Source: an uncultured Candidatus Actinomarina sp. (GTDB lineage Bacteria; Actinomycetota; Acidimicrobiia; Actinomarinales; Actinomarinaceae). Taken from it: a stretch of 64,000 bases of DNA. The position numbers were made by a program, and so were the translations under genes. Under the pieces are notes generated by a model that made no database searches, was not told the DNA's origin, and saw only the letters and a list, made by a program, of their open reading frames with translations. Numbering within the stretch: the first letter of the stretch is position 1; each line of letters begins with the position of its first letter. The stretch covers positions 508 through 64,507 of the forward strand of contig CACDUI010000005.1 in the NCBI GenBank assembly GCA_902555985.1, in the 5' to 3' direction. Below, one piece after another: positions 32,581 to 43,357 of this stretch.

Positions 32581-35103
32581 CTAAGATTCTTTAGATATTA
32601 TTTCTTTAGCTAATTTAAGTGCTTTTACCGTATCAAAATTATTTGGACCACCACCGATTGAAAGATTTTCATCTTTAGACGCTCCTCCACCGTATAATTT
32701 AGATATTTCTGTTACAACAGATGATATATTTAATTTAATATTATTTTTAGTTGCACCAACTATAGAATTCTTTCCATTGATAGATGAATAAAGTAATGTT
32801 ATTTCTACTTGAGTATCGTTTACAATTTGTAATGCTAAGTTACGTAATTCATTAGGACTATCTAGATTAACTTCATCTACATAAACTTTTCTGTCATTAA
32901 TAATTTCAGCGTTATCTTCAATATTTCTAACTAAAGACGTTATTTCTTTACTCCTTATATTTTTGAATTTCTCTTCAAAATCCTCTAAAGTTTCTAGCTG
33001 CGATTTAAGCTTTACAGGTACTTCTTCAACACTTACATTTAGAATATTTGATACTGACTTATAAGATTTGTACGCATTAGACAAAAATTCGTATGCTAAT
33101 TTACCTGATAACATTTCAACTCTTCTTAAATTTGATCCAATTGATGATTCTTGCAATAAAACTATTAACCCTACATCATGAGAATTGTGCACGTGAGTTC
33201 CACCACATAACTCCTTAGAAAAGTTACCTATATTTACAACACGTACATCATCATCGTACTTGTCACCAAAAAATGCTAAAGCGCCTTCGCTTTTTGCGTC
33301 ATCAATATTCATAATTTTTGTTTTTACTTCGAAATCTTCAAAAATAGCATTGTTAGATAATGAAAATATTTCATCTAACTCAGAAGGGGAAACTTTCTCA
33401 GTATGACTGAAGTCGAATCTAAATTTACCTGGAGATACATTTGATCCAGCTTGAGCTACATGATCACCCAAAATATTGCGTAATGCAGTATGTACGATAT
33501 GAGCACCTGTATGGCTTTTAGAAACACCAGATCTAAAACTCTCATTAACTTTTAATTGTATTTCTTGGTCTATCTCAAAATTATCTTTATCAATTAATAA
33601 ACCAGTGGCACCATTGTTAGCTTGGTATACGTCTAACACTTCAAATGCGTCATCTTCTGTATGGATTGTTCCTTTATCTGAGATTTGACCGCCAGCTTCA
33701 AAATAAAACGGATTTTCTTTTGGAAATAATATGAATTTATCTTTAAATTTTTCAATATGATAAATATTTGTTTTTATACTTATTTGTTCATAACCTACAA
33801 AAGTATTCATATCTACATCAAAATTAATCATCTCAGTTTCTTTAGATTTTTCAGATTTTGATTTCACCTTGTGCTCATCATAAAGCTTATAAAATTCCTT
33901 GTCATCAATTTCTAAATCATTTTCTAATGATATTTCCTTTGTAAGTTCGTAAGGAAAACCAAATGTTTCAAAAAGATAGAATGCATCTTTTGGTGTTACT
34001 TGTTTATTAATGTCAATTAATGAATTTATCTCTTGAATACCTTTAATTAGAGTTTTTTGAAATAAATCTTCTTCTTTTTTGAAAAGTTTAATTATTTTAT
34101 CTTTATTGGTTACGAGATCTGGATATGAAGTTTTATATATATCTATAACAATTTTAATTAAATAATCCAGACTAGAGGGTGAGTTTTTAATTTGGTTATA
34201 AGCTCTAATTGCTCTTCTTATCAATCTTCTTAAAACATACCCTCTGCCTTCATTCGTAGGTACAACCCCATCAGAAATCATGAATGTTGAAGATTTTATA
34301 TGATCAATAATAATTTTTTCGTATTTATGATCGGTATTATTAGTATTTTTTAATAATGCTTTATACAAGGGCTGAAATAAATCAGTATCAAATAGATTGT
34401 CTTTATCTTGCATAATCATTGAAATACGCTCTAGTCCCATACCAGTATCAATATTCTTTTTAGGAAGTTCATCAACGATTTGAAATGGTTGATCTTGTAT
34501 TGATTCCATGAACACTAAATTCCAGATTTCAATAAACCTATCTTCCCCACCACCTATTGGTCCCCCGTCTTTTCCGTATTTAGATCCTCTATCAATAAAT
34601 ATTTCTGAACACGGACCACATGGTCCTGGTATATTCATATGCCAAAAATTGTCTTCATTTCCTCTTTGGATACGTTCTTCTGGTATACCAATTACATCTT
34701 TCCAAATTTGGTAGGCTTCTTCATCGTTTTTGTAAACAGTAAACCAAAGCTTGTCTTTATCAACTTTAAGTACATCAGTTATGTACTCATAAGAATATTT
34801 AATTGCATCTTCTTTAAAGTATTTACCAACACTAAAGTTTCCTAGCATTTCAAAGAAAGATAAATGCCTATCTGTATCACCAATAATATCAATATCGATA
34901 GTTCTTATACATTTTTGTGATGAAACCATATTTAGTGATTCAGGAACTTTATTACCTAAGAAAAAATCTTTTAAAGGAACCATACCAGCGGCTGTAAATA
35001 GGAGAGAATTATCGTGGGGAATTAGAGAAGAAGATGGTATTACCTTATGGTTTTTGGATTCAAAATAATCCAAAAAACTTTGTCTAATTTCGTTACTATT
35101 CAT
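32581..35103 (-). CDS. alaS: Alanine--tRNA ligase
   Basis: LLFTAAGMVP, FEMLGNFS, GPCGPCSEI, HTGAH, ELCGGTHV motifs. Confidence 0.98.
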   Translation of the reverse strand: MNSNEIRQSFLDYFESKNHKVIPSSSLIPHDNSLLFTAAGMVPLKDFFLGNKVPESLNMVSSQKCIRTIDIDIIGDTDRHLSFFEMLGNFSVGKYFKEDAIKYSYEYITDVLKVDKDKLWFTVYKNDEEAYQIWKDVIGIPEERIQRGNEDNFWHMNIPGPCGPCSEIFIDRGSKYGKDGGPIGGGEDRFIEIWNLVFMESIQDQPFQIVDELPKKNIDTGMGLERISMIMQDKDNLFDTDLFQPLYKALLKNTNNTDHKYEKIIIDHIKSSTFMISDGVVPTNEGRGYVLRRLIRRAIRAYNQIKNSPSSLDYLIKIVIDIYKTSYPDLVTNKDKIIKLFKKEEDLFQKTLIKGIQEINSLIDINKQVTPKDAFYLFETFGFPYELTKEISLENDLEIDDKEFYKLYDEHKVKSKSEKSKETEMINFDVDMNTFVGYEQISIKTNIYHIEKFKDKFILFPKENPFYFEAGGQISDKGTIHTEDDAFEVLDVYQANNGATGLLIDKDNFEIDQEIQLKVNESFRSGVSKSHTGAHIVHTALRNILGDHVAQAGSNVSPGKFRFDFSHTEKVSPSELDEIFSLSNNAIFEDFEVKTKIMNIDDAKSEGALAFFGDKYDDDVRVVNIGNFSKELCGGTHVHNSHDVGLIVLLQESSIGSNLRRVEMLSGKLAYEFLSNAYKSYKSVSNILNVSVEEVPVKLKSQLETLEDFEEKFKNIRSKEITSLVRNIEDNAEIINDRKVYVDEVNLDSPNELRNLALQIVNDTQVEITLLYSSINGKNSIVGATKNNIKLNISSVVTEISKLYGGGASKDENLSIGGGPNNFDTVKALKLAKEIISKES

Positions 35104-36799
35104 CTCTATTTATATATTTAAGGTTATATTCTTCTAATATTTCCTCATCAATGCTTGCAGGGGCGTTTGTTAGTGGATCAAGTCCAGATTGGGTTTTTGG
35201 AAAAGGTATTACATCTCTTATAGATGGTTGATTTAATACTTCAGCAACTAATCTATCAATACCTATAGCAAATCCTGCATGTACAGGTGTACCGTAGGAT
35301 AATGCTTCAATAAACCAGCCAAATCGATCATCAATTTCATCCTGACTTAATCCCCACTTTTCTAACACAATTTTTTGTATTGATGGTTTATTAATTCTTT
35401 GTGATCCAGACCCTAGCTCAACACCATTAAGTACTAAGTCATAGTGCAACGCTGTTGCATTAATAGGATCATTTTTAAATATCTCATCATCTTTTGGTGA
35501 AGTAAAAGGATGATGTGATGGTTGGAGATTTCCATTTTCGTTTTCAAAAAAAGGAAAATCTTCTATCCAAATAAAAGAGTATGCTTCATCAGAAGATGGT
35601 TTAAAAATAGTTCTTCTAATCAAATCTAAATATTGACTAATTAATATAAGTTCTCCAGCTTGGAATAATAAAGTACCAGAACCATGTTTGAGAATTTCAT
35701 TTTTTTCATTATCGTTTAGTATTTTTGCTAGAGGACCGCTAATTTCTTTGTTTTCGATTTTAAACCAACCTAATCCATTAGAACCTAGTTCTTTTATTTG
35801 AGTATCTATTGAATCTATTTGTTTACGAGAAAGTAGTTCATCAGTGTGTAGAGCTTTTATAACTCCTCCTGAACTTATGATATCTTTCAAAAAATTGATT
35901 TCAGTATTTAAAAATATATCACTTATGTCCATCAAAGTTTCAACTATCCTCATGTCAGGCTTATCTGTACCATATAAATTCATAGCATCAATATATGAAA
36001 TTGATTTAAATGGTGTATTTATTTTGCAATCATATGCATCTGAAAATACATATTGAACTATTTTTTCAATATTTGATTTAACTATTGAGGGATTAGCATC
36101 AGAGAATTCTAAATCTAGTTGTGTAAATTCTGGTTGCCTATCCTTTCTTGAATCTTCATCTCTATAGCATTTAGCTATTTGATAATAATTAGGAAACCCT
36201 GACATCATAAATAATTGTTTATACATTTGAGGAGATTGAGGTAGTGCATAGAAACTACTTGGAGATTTTCGAGATGGTACAAGAAAATCTTTTGCACCTT
36301 CGGGCGTTGATTTTATAAGCGTAGGTGTGTCTATTTCATATATATTTAATTCGTTCATTATAGATCTGATACTTTTAAATGTATTTGAACGAGTCAGTAT
36401 ATTAATTTTCATTTGTTCTCTGCGAAGATCAAGATACCTGTATTTGAGTCTGATATTTTCGTCAGTATCAATATCATTAGATATTTGGAAAGGTAAAGTT
36501 TTACTTATGCTTATAACTTCTAATTCAGATACTTCTATTTCTGAATCTCCTAAAAAAACTTTATTATTAACTAATGATTTATCCCTTTTTTTGAATAAAC
36601 CATTAATTGATATATAAAATTCGTTCTTTAATTTTAAATCGATTTCTCCACTTTTATCAAATACAAGCTGAATAGAACCAGTAAAATCTCTCAGATCAAC
36701 AAAAGTTAACCCTCCATGATCGCGTATACTGTCTACCCATCCTGTTAAACCTACAACTTGATCATCGTTTTTATAATTTGTGAGCTCGTTAATGTTCAA
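35096..36799 (-). CDS. aspS: Aspartate--tRNA ligase (probably non-discriminating)
   Basis: RDHGG, RLKYRYLDLR, TPEGAKDFLVP, RDED.R.DRQPEFTQ, GIDRL motifs. Confidence 0.97.
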   Translation of the reverse strand: MNINELTNYKNDDQVVGLTGWVDSIRDHGGLTFVDLRDFTGSIQLVFDKSGEIDLKLKNEFYISINGLFKKRDKSLVNNKVFLGDSEIEVSELEVISISKTLPFQISNDIDTDENIRLKYRYLDLRREQMKINILTRSNTFKSIRSIMNELNIYEIDTPTLIKSTPEGAKDFLVPSRKSPSSFYALPQSPQMYKQLFMMSGFPNYYQIAKCYRDEDSRKDRQPEFTQLDLEFSDANPSIVKSNIEKIVQYVFSDAYDCKINTPFKSISYIDAMNLYGTDKPDMRIVETLMDISDIFLNTEINFLKDIISSGGVIKALHTDELLSRKQIDSIDTQIKELGSNGLGWFKIENKEISGPLAKILNDNEKNEILKHGSGTLLFQAGELILISQYLDLIRRTIFKPSSDEAYSFIWIEDFPFFENENGNLQPSHHPFTSPKDDEIFKNDPINATALHYDLVLNGVELGSGSQRINKPSIQKIVLEKWGLSQDEIDDRFGWFIEALSYGTPVHAGFAIGIDRLVAEVLNQPSIRDVIPFPKTQSGLDPLTNAPASIDEEILEEYNLKYINRDE

Positions 36800-37961
36800 G
36801 AATTACCTCTATGCTAAAATCTTCAGTTTCATTAGTTATTAAGTTCTTTATTGTATCTTCATCTGTGTTTATTAAATACATAACGTTCTGTTTTTTAGCT
36901 TCTTTGAACTGAGAATTAGCTTTGGATAGTCTTGCAGGTTTGTTGTAATTGATATTATGTTGATCGAGCATTTTTGAATATTTAGTTAGATTTTTAACGT
37001 CAGTTCCTAGAAGATAATATTTCGTATAATTTTCTGGTATGGATATGTTGTTCATAATTCTTTCTACACCAAAGGCAACACCAACTCCTTTAAACTTTCC
37101 AAGTGATAGTATCTCAGCTAAATTATCATATCTACCACCTCCTCCAATTACTACATTATTAGATGTTGCAAATTCGAATGTAAGGTCATTGTAATAATCA
37201 AGACCTCTGACTAAAGATTCATCAATTTCATATGAAATTTCTGCACTATTCAAGTTATTAAGTATCAAAGAAAATGATTTTTGCGATTTCGCGTTAATGA
37301 AGTCATTGATTTTTGGTGCACTTTTTATTATTTCTAAATCATCAGTATTGTTTGAATCAAGAATACGTAGAGTGTTGTTTTCTAATTTTTCAATGCTTTC
37401 TTGTGATAATTTATCTTTATTATTAATGAAATAATCATATAAAACTTTTACATACTTTTCACGGTCAGAAATACTTCCAATAGTATTAACCTTCAATTTA
37501 GTATCTGGTATCAATTCATTAATAAAGTTATATGAATCATTAATTATTTGAAAATCGGAATATTCATCTATTAATCCAACTATTTCAACTCCTGCTTGAT
37601 TAAATTCTCTATATCGATTTTTTTGTGGATTTTCATAACGGAACATAGAACCAAAATAAGAATATTTATTTGTAGTGTCTTTATTAAACTCTGAATGGTA
37701 CCTAACTATGCTTGATGTGCCTTCAGGTCTTAAAACAAGTTCCCTACCACCTTTATCGGTAAGTTCATACATTTGTTTAGTAACAATTTCTGAAGACTCA
37801 CCTATTGATTTATCAAATAGTTCTTTATATTCAAGAAGTGGAGTTTGTATATATTTATATCCATAATCACCAAATTTATTTAAAAAAAGACTTTGAATAT
37901 ATAGATATTTTAAAGAATCATCATTTGATATGTTTTGAGTTCCTTTGACTTGTTCAATCAT
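36789..37961 (-). CDS. hisS: Histidine--tRNA ligase
   Basis: LRPEGT, FRYE.PQ..RYREF.Q, LVRGLDYY, GGGRYD motifs. Confidence 0.96.
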   Translation of the reverse strand: MIEQVKGTQNISNDDSLKYLYIQSLFLNKFGDYGYKYIQTPLLEYKELFDKSIGESSEIVTKQMYELTDKGGRELVLRPEGTSSIVRYHSEFNKDTTNKYSYFGSMFRYENPQKNRYREFNQAGVEIVGLIDEYSDFQIINDSYNFINELIPDTKLKVNTIGSISDREKYVKVLYDYFINNKDKLSQESIEKLENNTLRILDSNNTDDLEIIKSAPKINDFINAKSQKSFSLILNNLNSAEISYEIDESLVRGLDYYNDLTFEFATSNNVVIGGGGRYDNLAEILSLGKFKGVGVAFGVERIMNNISIPENYTKYYLLGTDVKNLTKYSKMLDQHNINYNKPARLSKANSQFKEAKKQNVMYLINTDEDTIKNLITNETEDFSIEVILEH

Positions 37962-38580
37962 TTAGTAAAACCTTTATATATTCATTATTATTTTTTATAC
38001 TTCTTACTTTACCCGATGGACCGTGTCCTGGAAGTATTTCAAATTCTTCTTCAAAATTAAGAAAAATTTCTCTTAATGATATATTCATCTGATCCATTGA
38101 ACCAGAAAATAGATCAGTCCTCCCAATACTATCTTTAAATACGAAATCACCAGTAAATATTAATCCTTCATTTGGAAATTCATAAGAAACACTTCCCTTT
38201 GTATGGCCTGGATTTTTATGAATAATTATATAATCAGAATTTAGTGTATCAATTGATTTTAATTCACCATTATATTCTTCGATATCAACATCTTGCCCTA
38301 AGAAAGATTTGATTTGTTCATCAGGATTTCGAGCTAAAAATTCATCATCAAGGTTTATATATGCATGTCCATCAAACATATTAAGACCGAGGGCATGATC
38401 ATAATGTCCATGTGTAAGCAAAGCTCCTGCTATTGAAAGATTATTAACTTTTATATAATCAAGTACTGAATCTAAATCTGGTGGCAAATCAATTATAAAA
38501 CACCTTTCATCATTGAATGGTTTAACTATATAGCAGTTAGAAGTTGTAAAGCTTGTAAATGTATTTAGGACAGCTGTCAT
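37954..38580 (-). CDS. MBL-fold metallo-hydrolase (glyoxalase II-like, YcbL type)
   Basis: THGHYDH, PGHTKGS, FTGD..F..SIGRTD, PGHG motifs. Confidence 0.92.
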   Translation of the reverse strand: MTAVLNTFTSFTTSNCYIVKPFNDERCFIIDLPPDLDSVLDYIKVNNLSIAGALLTHGHYDHALGLNMFDGHAYINLDDEFLARNPDEQIKSFLGQDVDIEEYNGELKSIDTLNSDYIIIHKNPGHTKGSVSYEFPNEGLIFTGDFVFKDSIGRTDLFSGSMDQMNISLREIFLNFEEEFEILPGHGPSGKVRSIKNNNEYIKVLLND

Positions 38581-40742
38581 TTTCTTCCAGGATATATTCT
38601 TGAAGCATCAAAGACATTCTCAATATCTTTTGAATCTTTAATTATTGCATCAAGTTGGTCAATGTCACTAATTTCTATTTGAAAAATTAAATTAACTATA
38701 CGTTTACTACTGGTAACTGATTTTGCTACTAAAATATTTCCACCATTATCTGAAATAGCTATCGTTGCATCACGTAATAAGTAAGGTCTATCTATTGCTT
38801 CAATTTCAAGCCATACAATTGTGCCAGTATTTCCTGTATATGCCCAACTTACATCTATTATTCTTTCGCCCTGTTTTGAATCAATTTTTACATTTAAGCA
38901 ATCAGATCTATGTATAGCGATACCATTAGATATTGTTACGAAACCTAATATATCATCACCTGGAACTGGAACGCAACACTTACCCATTCTTACTTTTATG
39001 TCGTCATAACCCTCAACAATAACTAAATCAGATTGTTGATCTTGTTTTATTTCAGGAGAATATAAGTCATCGTCAACAGATATTTCCCCTGGGAAAATAA
39101 GTTTTTTAATACGATTACTTACTGAATTTATCCCAGTATTTCCATTGCCTAAATTTTGATATAATGTTTCAACATTTGGCAGTTTTAAATCTAAAAGTAG
39201 TTCATTCATCATTTGATCTTTTGATGTAGCTTCTAATACTTCATGGTTTTCGTCAAGCCAAGTATTGAGTATTGTTTTACCCTTTTGAATATCTTCATTT
39301 TTCATTTGTTTCTGATACCATTGTTTTATTTTTGAACGAGCTCTTGAGGTCTTAACTATATTTAACCAATCTCTAGAAGGTCCCTTGTCTTTATCTTTGC
39401 TTGTTAATATTTCAACAGTGTCTCCAGATTTAAGAATGCTACTTAAATTAACTAATTTACCATTTACTTTCGCACCTATTAATTTTTCTCCTACTTGAGT
39501 ATGTATTGCAAATGCGAAATCAACAGGACTGGAACCTTGAGGTAGAGCTAATACGTCACCTTCAGGAGTGAGACAAAATACCTCATTCTCATATAAATCT
39601 AATTTCATATGTTGTAAGAACTCATTTGGATCTGGATATTCATTTGATATTTCAGATAATTCATTTGTCCATGATGTTAAATCAGTAGAAGGTTTCTCTT
39701 TATATTTCCAATGAGCAGCAACACCATATTCTGCTCTGTAATGCATATCGTGCGTCCTTATCTGGATTTCCATTTTTGTTCCATTTTCAGTTAATACTGT
39801 TGTATGTAAGCTTTGGTATAAATTAAATTTAGGCATTGATATAAAGTCTTTAAATCTACCAAGAACAGGTTGAAAATTAGCATGAATCAACCCTAAAATC
39901 GTATAACAATTTTTGACATCGTCTGTTGTTATACGTATACCAATTAAATCATTAATTTCATTAAATGATAGTCCGTTGTTAACAATTTTTTTATAAATGG
40001 AGTAGTTGTGTTTAGGTCTACCATAAACTTCTGCTGACATAGAATTGTCACTCAATAAAGTTTTAATAATTTTAATTGATTCATCAATTTGGCTGACCCT
40101 ATCAGGATTAGCTTCAGTAATCATATCTCTTATTTCTGCATCCTGATTTGCATGTAATATTCTAAATGATACGTCTTCTAATACGTGTTTAATTGATTGA
40201 AGTCCTAATCTATGAGCAAGTGGTGCGTATACATACAATGTTTCACTTGCTATTTTCTCCTGTTTCCAGTCTTTGTGATACTCAATTGTTTCAATATTGT
40301 GAAGCCTGTCAGCTAATTTAAGAATTAATACACGTATATCTTTGGACATTGCAATCACCATTTTTCTAATTGCATCGGCTTTAGCTTCTTCATTCGAATT
40401 GTATTTTATTTTATCTAATTTTGTAACACCATCGACAATATCTGCTACTTCTTCACCAAATATCTTTTTTAAATCCTCATATGTTACATCTGTGTCTTCA
40501 ATTAAATCATGTAAAAGAGCAGCTGCTATTGTTTCTTTATCAAAATTTAAATCTGATAAATATATTGCAACATGTAACGGATGAGTTATATAGGGTTCAC
40601 CGGATTTACGATTTTGACCAGCATGACCATCATACGCATATTGAAATGCTTTATTAATATAAGTCTGATCTTTAGGATTAAAATATCCTAATAACTTATC
40701 ATAAAGTTTATTAACTTCTTTTGATGGACTTATTGTTGCCAT
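38577..40742 (-). CDS. relA: Bifunctional (p)ppGpp synthetase/hydrolase Rel
   Basis: HD hydrolase (LLHD..ED), RFKD, YQSLHT, EIQIRT, TGS, CC and ACT domains. Confidence 0.97.
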   Translation of the reverse strand: MATISPSKEVNKLYDKLLGYFNPKDQTYINKAFQYAYDGHAGQNRKSGEPYITHPLHVAIYLSDLNFDKETIAAALLHDLIEDTDVTYEDLKKIFGEEVADIVDGVTKLDKIKYNSNEEAKADAIRKMVIAMSKDIRVLILKLADRLHNIETIEYHKDWKQEKIASETLYVYAPLAHRLGLQSIKHVLEDVSFRILHANQDAEIRDMITEANPDRVSQIDESIKIIKTLLSDNSMSAEVYGRPKHNYSIYKKIVNNGLSFNEINDLIGIRITTDDVKNCYTILGLIHANFQPVLGRFKDFISMPKFNLYQSLHTTVLTENGTKMEIQIRTHDMHYRAEYGVAAHWKYKEKPSTDLTSWTNELSEISNEYPDPNEFLQHMKLDLYENEVFCLTPEGDVLALPQGSSPVDFAFAIHTQVGEKLIGAKVNGKLVNLSSILKSGDTVEILTSKDKDKGPSRDWLNIVKTSRARSKIKQWYQKQMKNEDIQKGKTILNTWLDENHEVLEATSKDQMMNELLLDLKLPNVETLYQNLGNGNTGINSVSNRIKKLIFPGEISVDDDLYSPEIKQDQQSDLVIVEGYDDIKVRMGKCCVPVPGDDILGFVTISNGIAIHRSDCLNVKIDSKQGERIIDVSWAYTGNTGTIVWLEIEAIDRPYLLRDATIAISDNGGNILVAKSVTSSKRIVNLIFQIEISDIDQLDAIIKDSKDIENVFDASRIYPGRK

Positions 40743-40760
40743 ATCCTAATGGTACTAAAT

Positions 40761-41669
40761 TTAATTACTTTTAATAATTTTTGATAAAAATGGGACAGTT
40801 ACAAATATTGAACTGTAAGTTCCAGATACTATGCCAATTAATAATGGAATAGCAAAGTCAGCAAGATTACCTTCAATTCCTAAAAAATTTCCTATTACGA
40901 TAATAGAAATAATCGGTATAGCTGAAGTGAGCGATGTATTAATACTTCTCATCAAAACTTCATTGAATGTTTTGTTTAAGACATCACTGGTTAAGTTACT
41001 AATTTTAAATGATTTTTGAGTGTCCTTTAATTTATCGAAAAGAATTACTGTATCGTAAAGCGAGTAACCCAAGATTGTTAACAATGCAATAACAGTGGAA
41101 GGTGTTATTTCTAAGCCTATTAAAACATATATTGAAAAAGTTAATAGTAAATCATGTAGTAAAGCTGCTAATGCAATGAGTGAATATCTGTATTCATATC
41201 TTAAAGATATTAATAATGCTATTAGAGTCAAGAAAATGACAAGTGCCCTAATCCCTTTTTCTGTAATATCTTGACCAAAAGTAGGACCAACTCTTTGAAA
41301 TTCTATTTCATTTGTAACAACATCGAATTTATTAGACAAATAATTAAGAAATTGAGTTTCGTTATCTTGTGTAGACTCAACAGCTCTAAAAATAATAGTA
41401 TTTGAATTTTCAAAAGTTTGATATCTTGATACTTCGAGAATTGTATTACTTAAAATATCTGATATATCTTCGTCAGTATACGGTGTATCAAGTTGATATG
41501 TAGTTCCACCTGTGAAATCAACAGATAAATTCATATTCAATAGTCCTGTAAGTGACCCTACTATTACTGCAATAAACAATACTGCTTCAACTATGAAAAT
41601 TTTATAAAACTTACCACCTAGAACTTTAAAATTAATTTCAGTGGTACCTAAAAATAGCTTTTTAAACAT
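40761..41669 (-). CDS. secF: Protein translocase subunit SecF
   Basis: DFTGGT, VGPTFG, LLHD, GYSLYDTVILFD, RSINTS motifs. Confidence 0.96.
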   Translation of the reverse strand: MFKKLFLGTTEINFKVLGGKFYKIFIVEAVLFIAVIVGSLTGLLNMNLSVDFTGGTTYQLDTPYTDEDISDILSNTILEVSRYQTFENSNTIIFRAVESTQDNETQFLNYLSNKFDVVTNEIEFQRVGPTFGQDITEKGIRALVIFLTLIALLISLRYEYRYSLIALAALLHDLLLTFSIYVLIGLEITPSTVIALLTILGYSLYDTVILFDKLKDTQKSFKISNLTSDVLNKTFNEVLMRSINTSLTSAIPIISIIVIGNFLGIEGNLADFAIPLLIGIVSGTYSSIFVTVPFLSKIIKSN

Positions 41670-43107
41670 TGTCTATATCTTTCCTGCTTAGTGGATAATA
41701 AAATCTTGGATTATCCGTAATTCTTCCGACAAGTGGAACTGCTGTTGAAATATACATTCTTGTGTAAAATAGATCAAAAATTGTTGCTAAACCAAGAGTT
41801 AGTGCAAAACCTCTAATAGGTCCAACTGCTAAAAGATAAAGAATTACTGAAGCAATAATAGATACAAAATCAGCTACTAATATTGTGTTCCATGCTTCTT
41901 TAACAGCTTTTTCTGTAGCAAATTTAAAAGATCTTCCTATTTTAAGTTCATCTTTAAGCTTTTCGAATATAACAATATAAGAGTCCGCAGTTAATCCTAT
42001 AGATACTATAACTCCAGCTATACCAGCAAGTGTTAAGGTATATCCTTGCCATTCACCAAGTAATGCTATCACTGAATAAAATAATGCTCCAAAGGAAGCT
42101 AGCCCTAATATTGCAATTAAACCAGATAATCTGTAATACAAAAAAAGAAATATACTGACAATTATTAAACCAATTAAACCAGCTTGCAATCCTAGGTTTA
42201 ATGTATTTTCACCAAGTGTTGCTGAAACCTTTTGTATTGATGATCTTTCAAACGATACGGGTAAAGCACCATATCTTAAAATAACTGCAAGATTATTTGC
42301 TGACTCTCCTTGATCAGCATTACCCATTGAAATAGATGCAGTACCACCTGTTATACCAGTGTCTGGACTTACATCAAATGCTACGCCCGGTGCAGATATA
42401 ACTTGTTCATCTAAAACTATGGCTAATTTTCTCTGCTCGCCAATATTGGAAGCAAGCTCTTTTGTTAGTTCTGTAAATTTGTTAGCTGATTCATCTTTAA
42501 AGTTAAGTTGAACAATCCATTCGTTGCTTGGATACACTGCAAGTGCATCATCAATATCATTTCCTGTTAATACAGCAGGACCAAGTTGGTAAATTATAGG
42601 GTAACCATCACTAAGTGATAAAAGATATGATGTTCTAGATGGATCGTCACTTATTGTTAATCCTGTTAATTCATCTACTCCCGATGGAGCTGATACTAAT
42701 GGATTTTCAGGATCATCTGGATTTTCAGTAAAAGTAAGGGCTGGTGAATATCCTAGTTGTAATGAAGAATTAATAACAGGTCTGAATGTAAGCAAACCTG
42801 TTGTACCAACTGCTTCAAGGGCTTTTTCCTGATCAGTTAAACCGGGTAACTGTACAAGTACTGAATTTTCACCACTTATAGATATTTCAGGTTCTTGAAC
42901 TTCACCAAATGCTGCTATACGAGTACGCATTATTTCTACTGCTTGCTCAATTAATTCAGGTTCAGTCTCCTCATCTGCTGTTAGTATCACTGATATTCCG
43001 CCTTGAAGATCTAATCCTAACTTAGGCTGTATAGAATTTATGAAAACATAACTAAATAATGATATTGAAAGAATCGGTAAAAACAGTAACTTTATAAGAT
43101 TTCTCAT
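41662..43107 (-). CDS. secD: Protein translocase subunit SecD
   Basis: LGLDLQGG, LAIVLD, LRYGALP, TLAGIAG, GPIRGFA motifs. Confidence 0.96.
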   Translation of the reverse strand: MRNLIKLLFLPILSISLFSYVFINSIQPKLGLDLQGGISVILTADEETEPELIEQAVEIMRTRIAAFGEVQEPEISISGENSVLVQLPGLTDQEKALEAVGTTGLLTFRPVINSSLQLGYSPALTFTENPDDPENPLVSAPSGVDELTGLTISDDPSRTSYLLSLSDGYPIIYQLGPAVLTGNDIDDALAVYPSNEWIVQLNFKDESANKFTELTKELASNIGEQRKLAIVLDEQVISAPGVAFDVSPDTGITGGTASISMGNADQGESANNLAVILRYGALPVSFERSSIQKVSATLGENTLNLGLQAGLIGLIIVSIFLFLYYRLSGLIAILGLASFGALFYSVIALLGEWQGYTLTLAGIAGVIVSIGLTADSYIVIFEKLKDELKIGRSFKFATEKAVKEAWNTILVADFVSIIASVILYLLAVGPIRGFALTLGLATIFDLFYTRMYISTAVPLVGRITDNPRFYYPLSRKDIDNV

Positions 43108-43108
43108 T

Positions 43109-43357
43109 TTAATTATGAAGTATCTTGCTCTTTAAAATTTCAATTTCACCTTTTTTAAGAACAAGTGTGATACTTTCATCTTTAATGTTTACAATTCTTC
43201 CAAATATACCTGATTCAGTGACAACATCATCGCCTATTTTTAGGGACTCAATATATACTTTATGTTTTTTTTGTCTTCTTCTTTGAGGTATGTAAAGAAC
43301 AACATAAAATATAAAGAATACAGTTACAAGAGGCAAGATTGCTATAAAATCATCCAT
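43109..43357 (-). CDS. yajC: Preprotein translocase subunit YajC
   Basis: N-terminal TM, PQRRRQK, LKIGDDVVT.SGIFG. Confidence 0.93.
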   Translation of the reverse strand: MDDFIAILPLVTVFFIFYVVLYIPQRRRQKKHKVYIESLKIGDDVVTESGIFGRIVNIKDESITLVLKKGEIEILKSKILHN

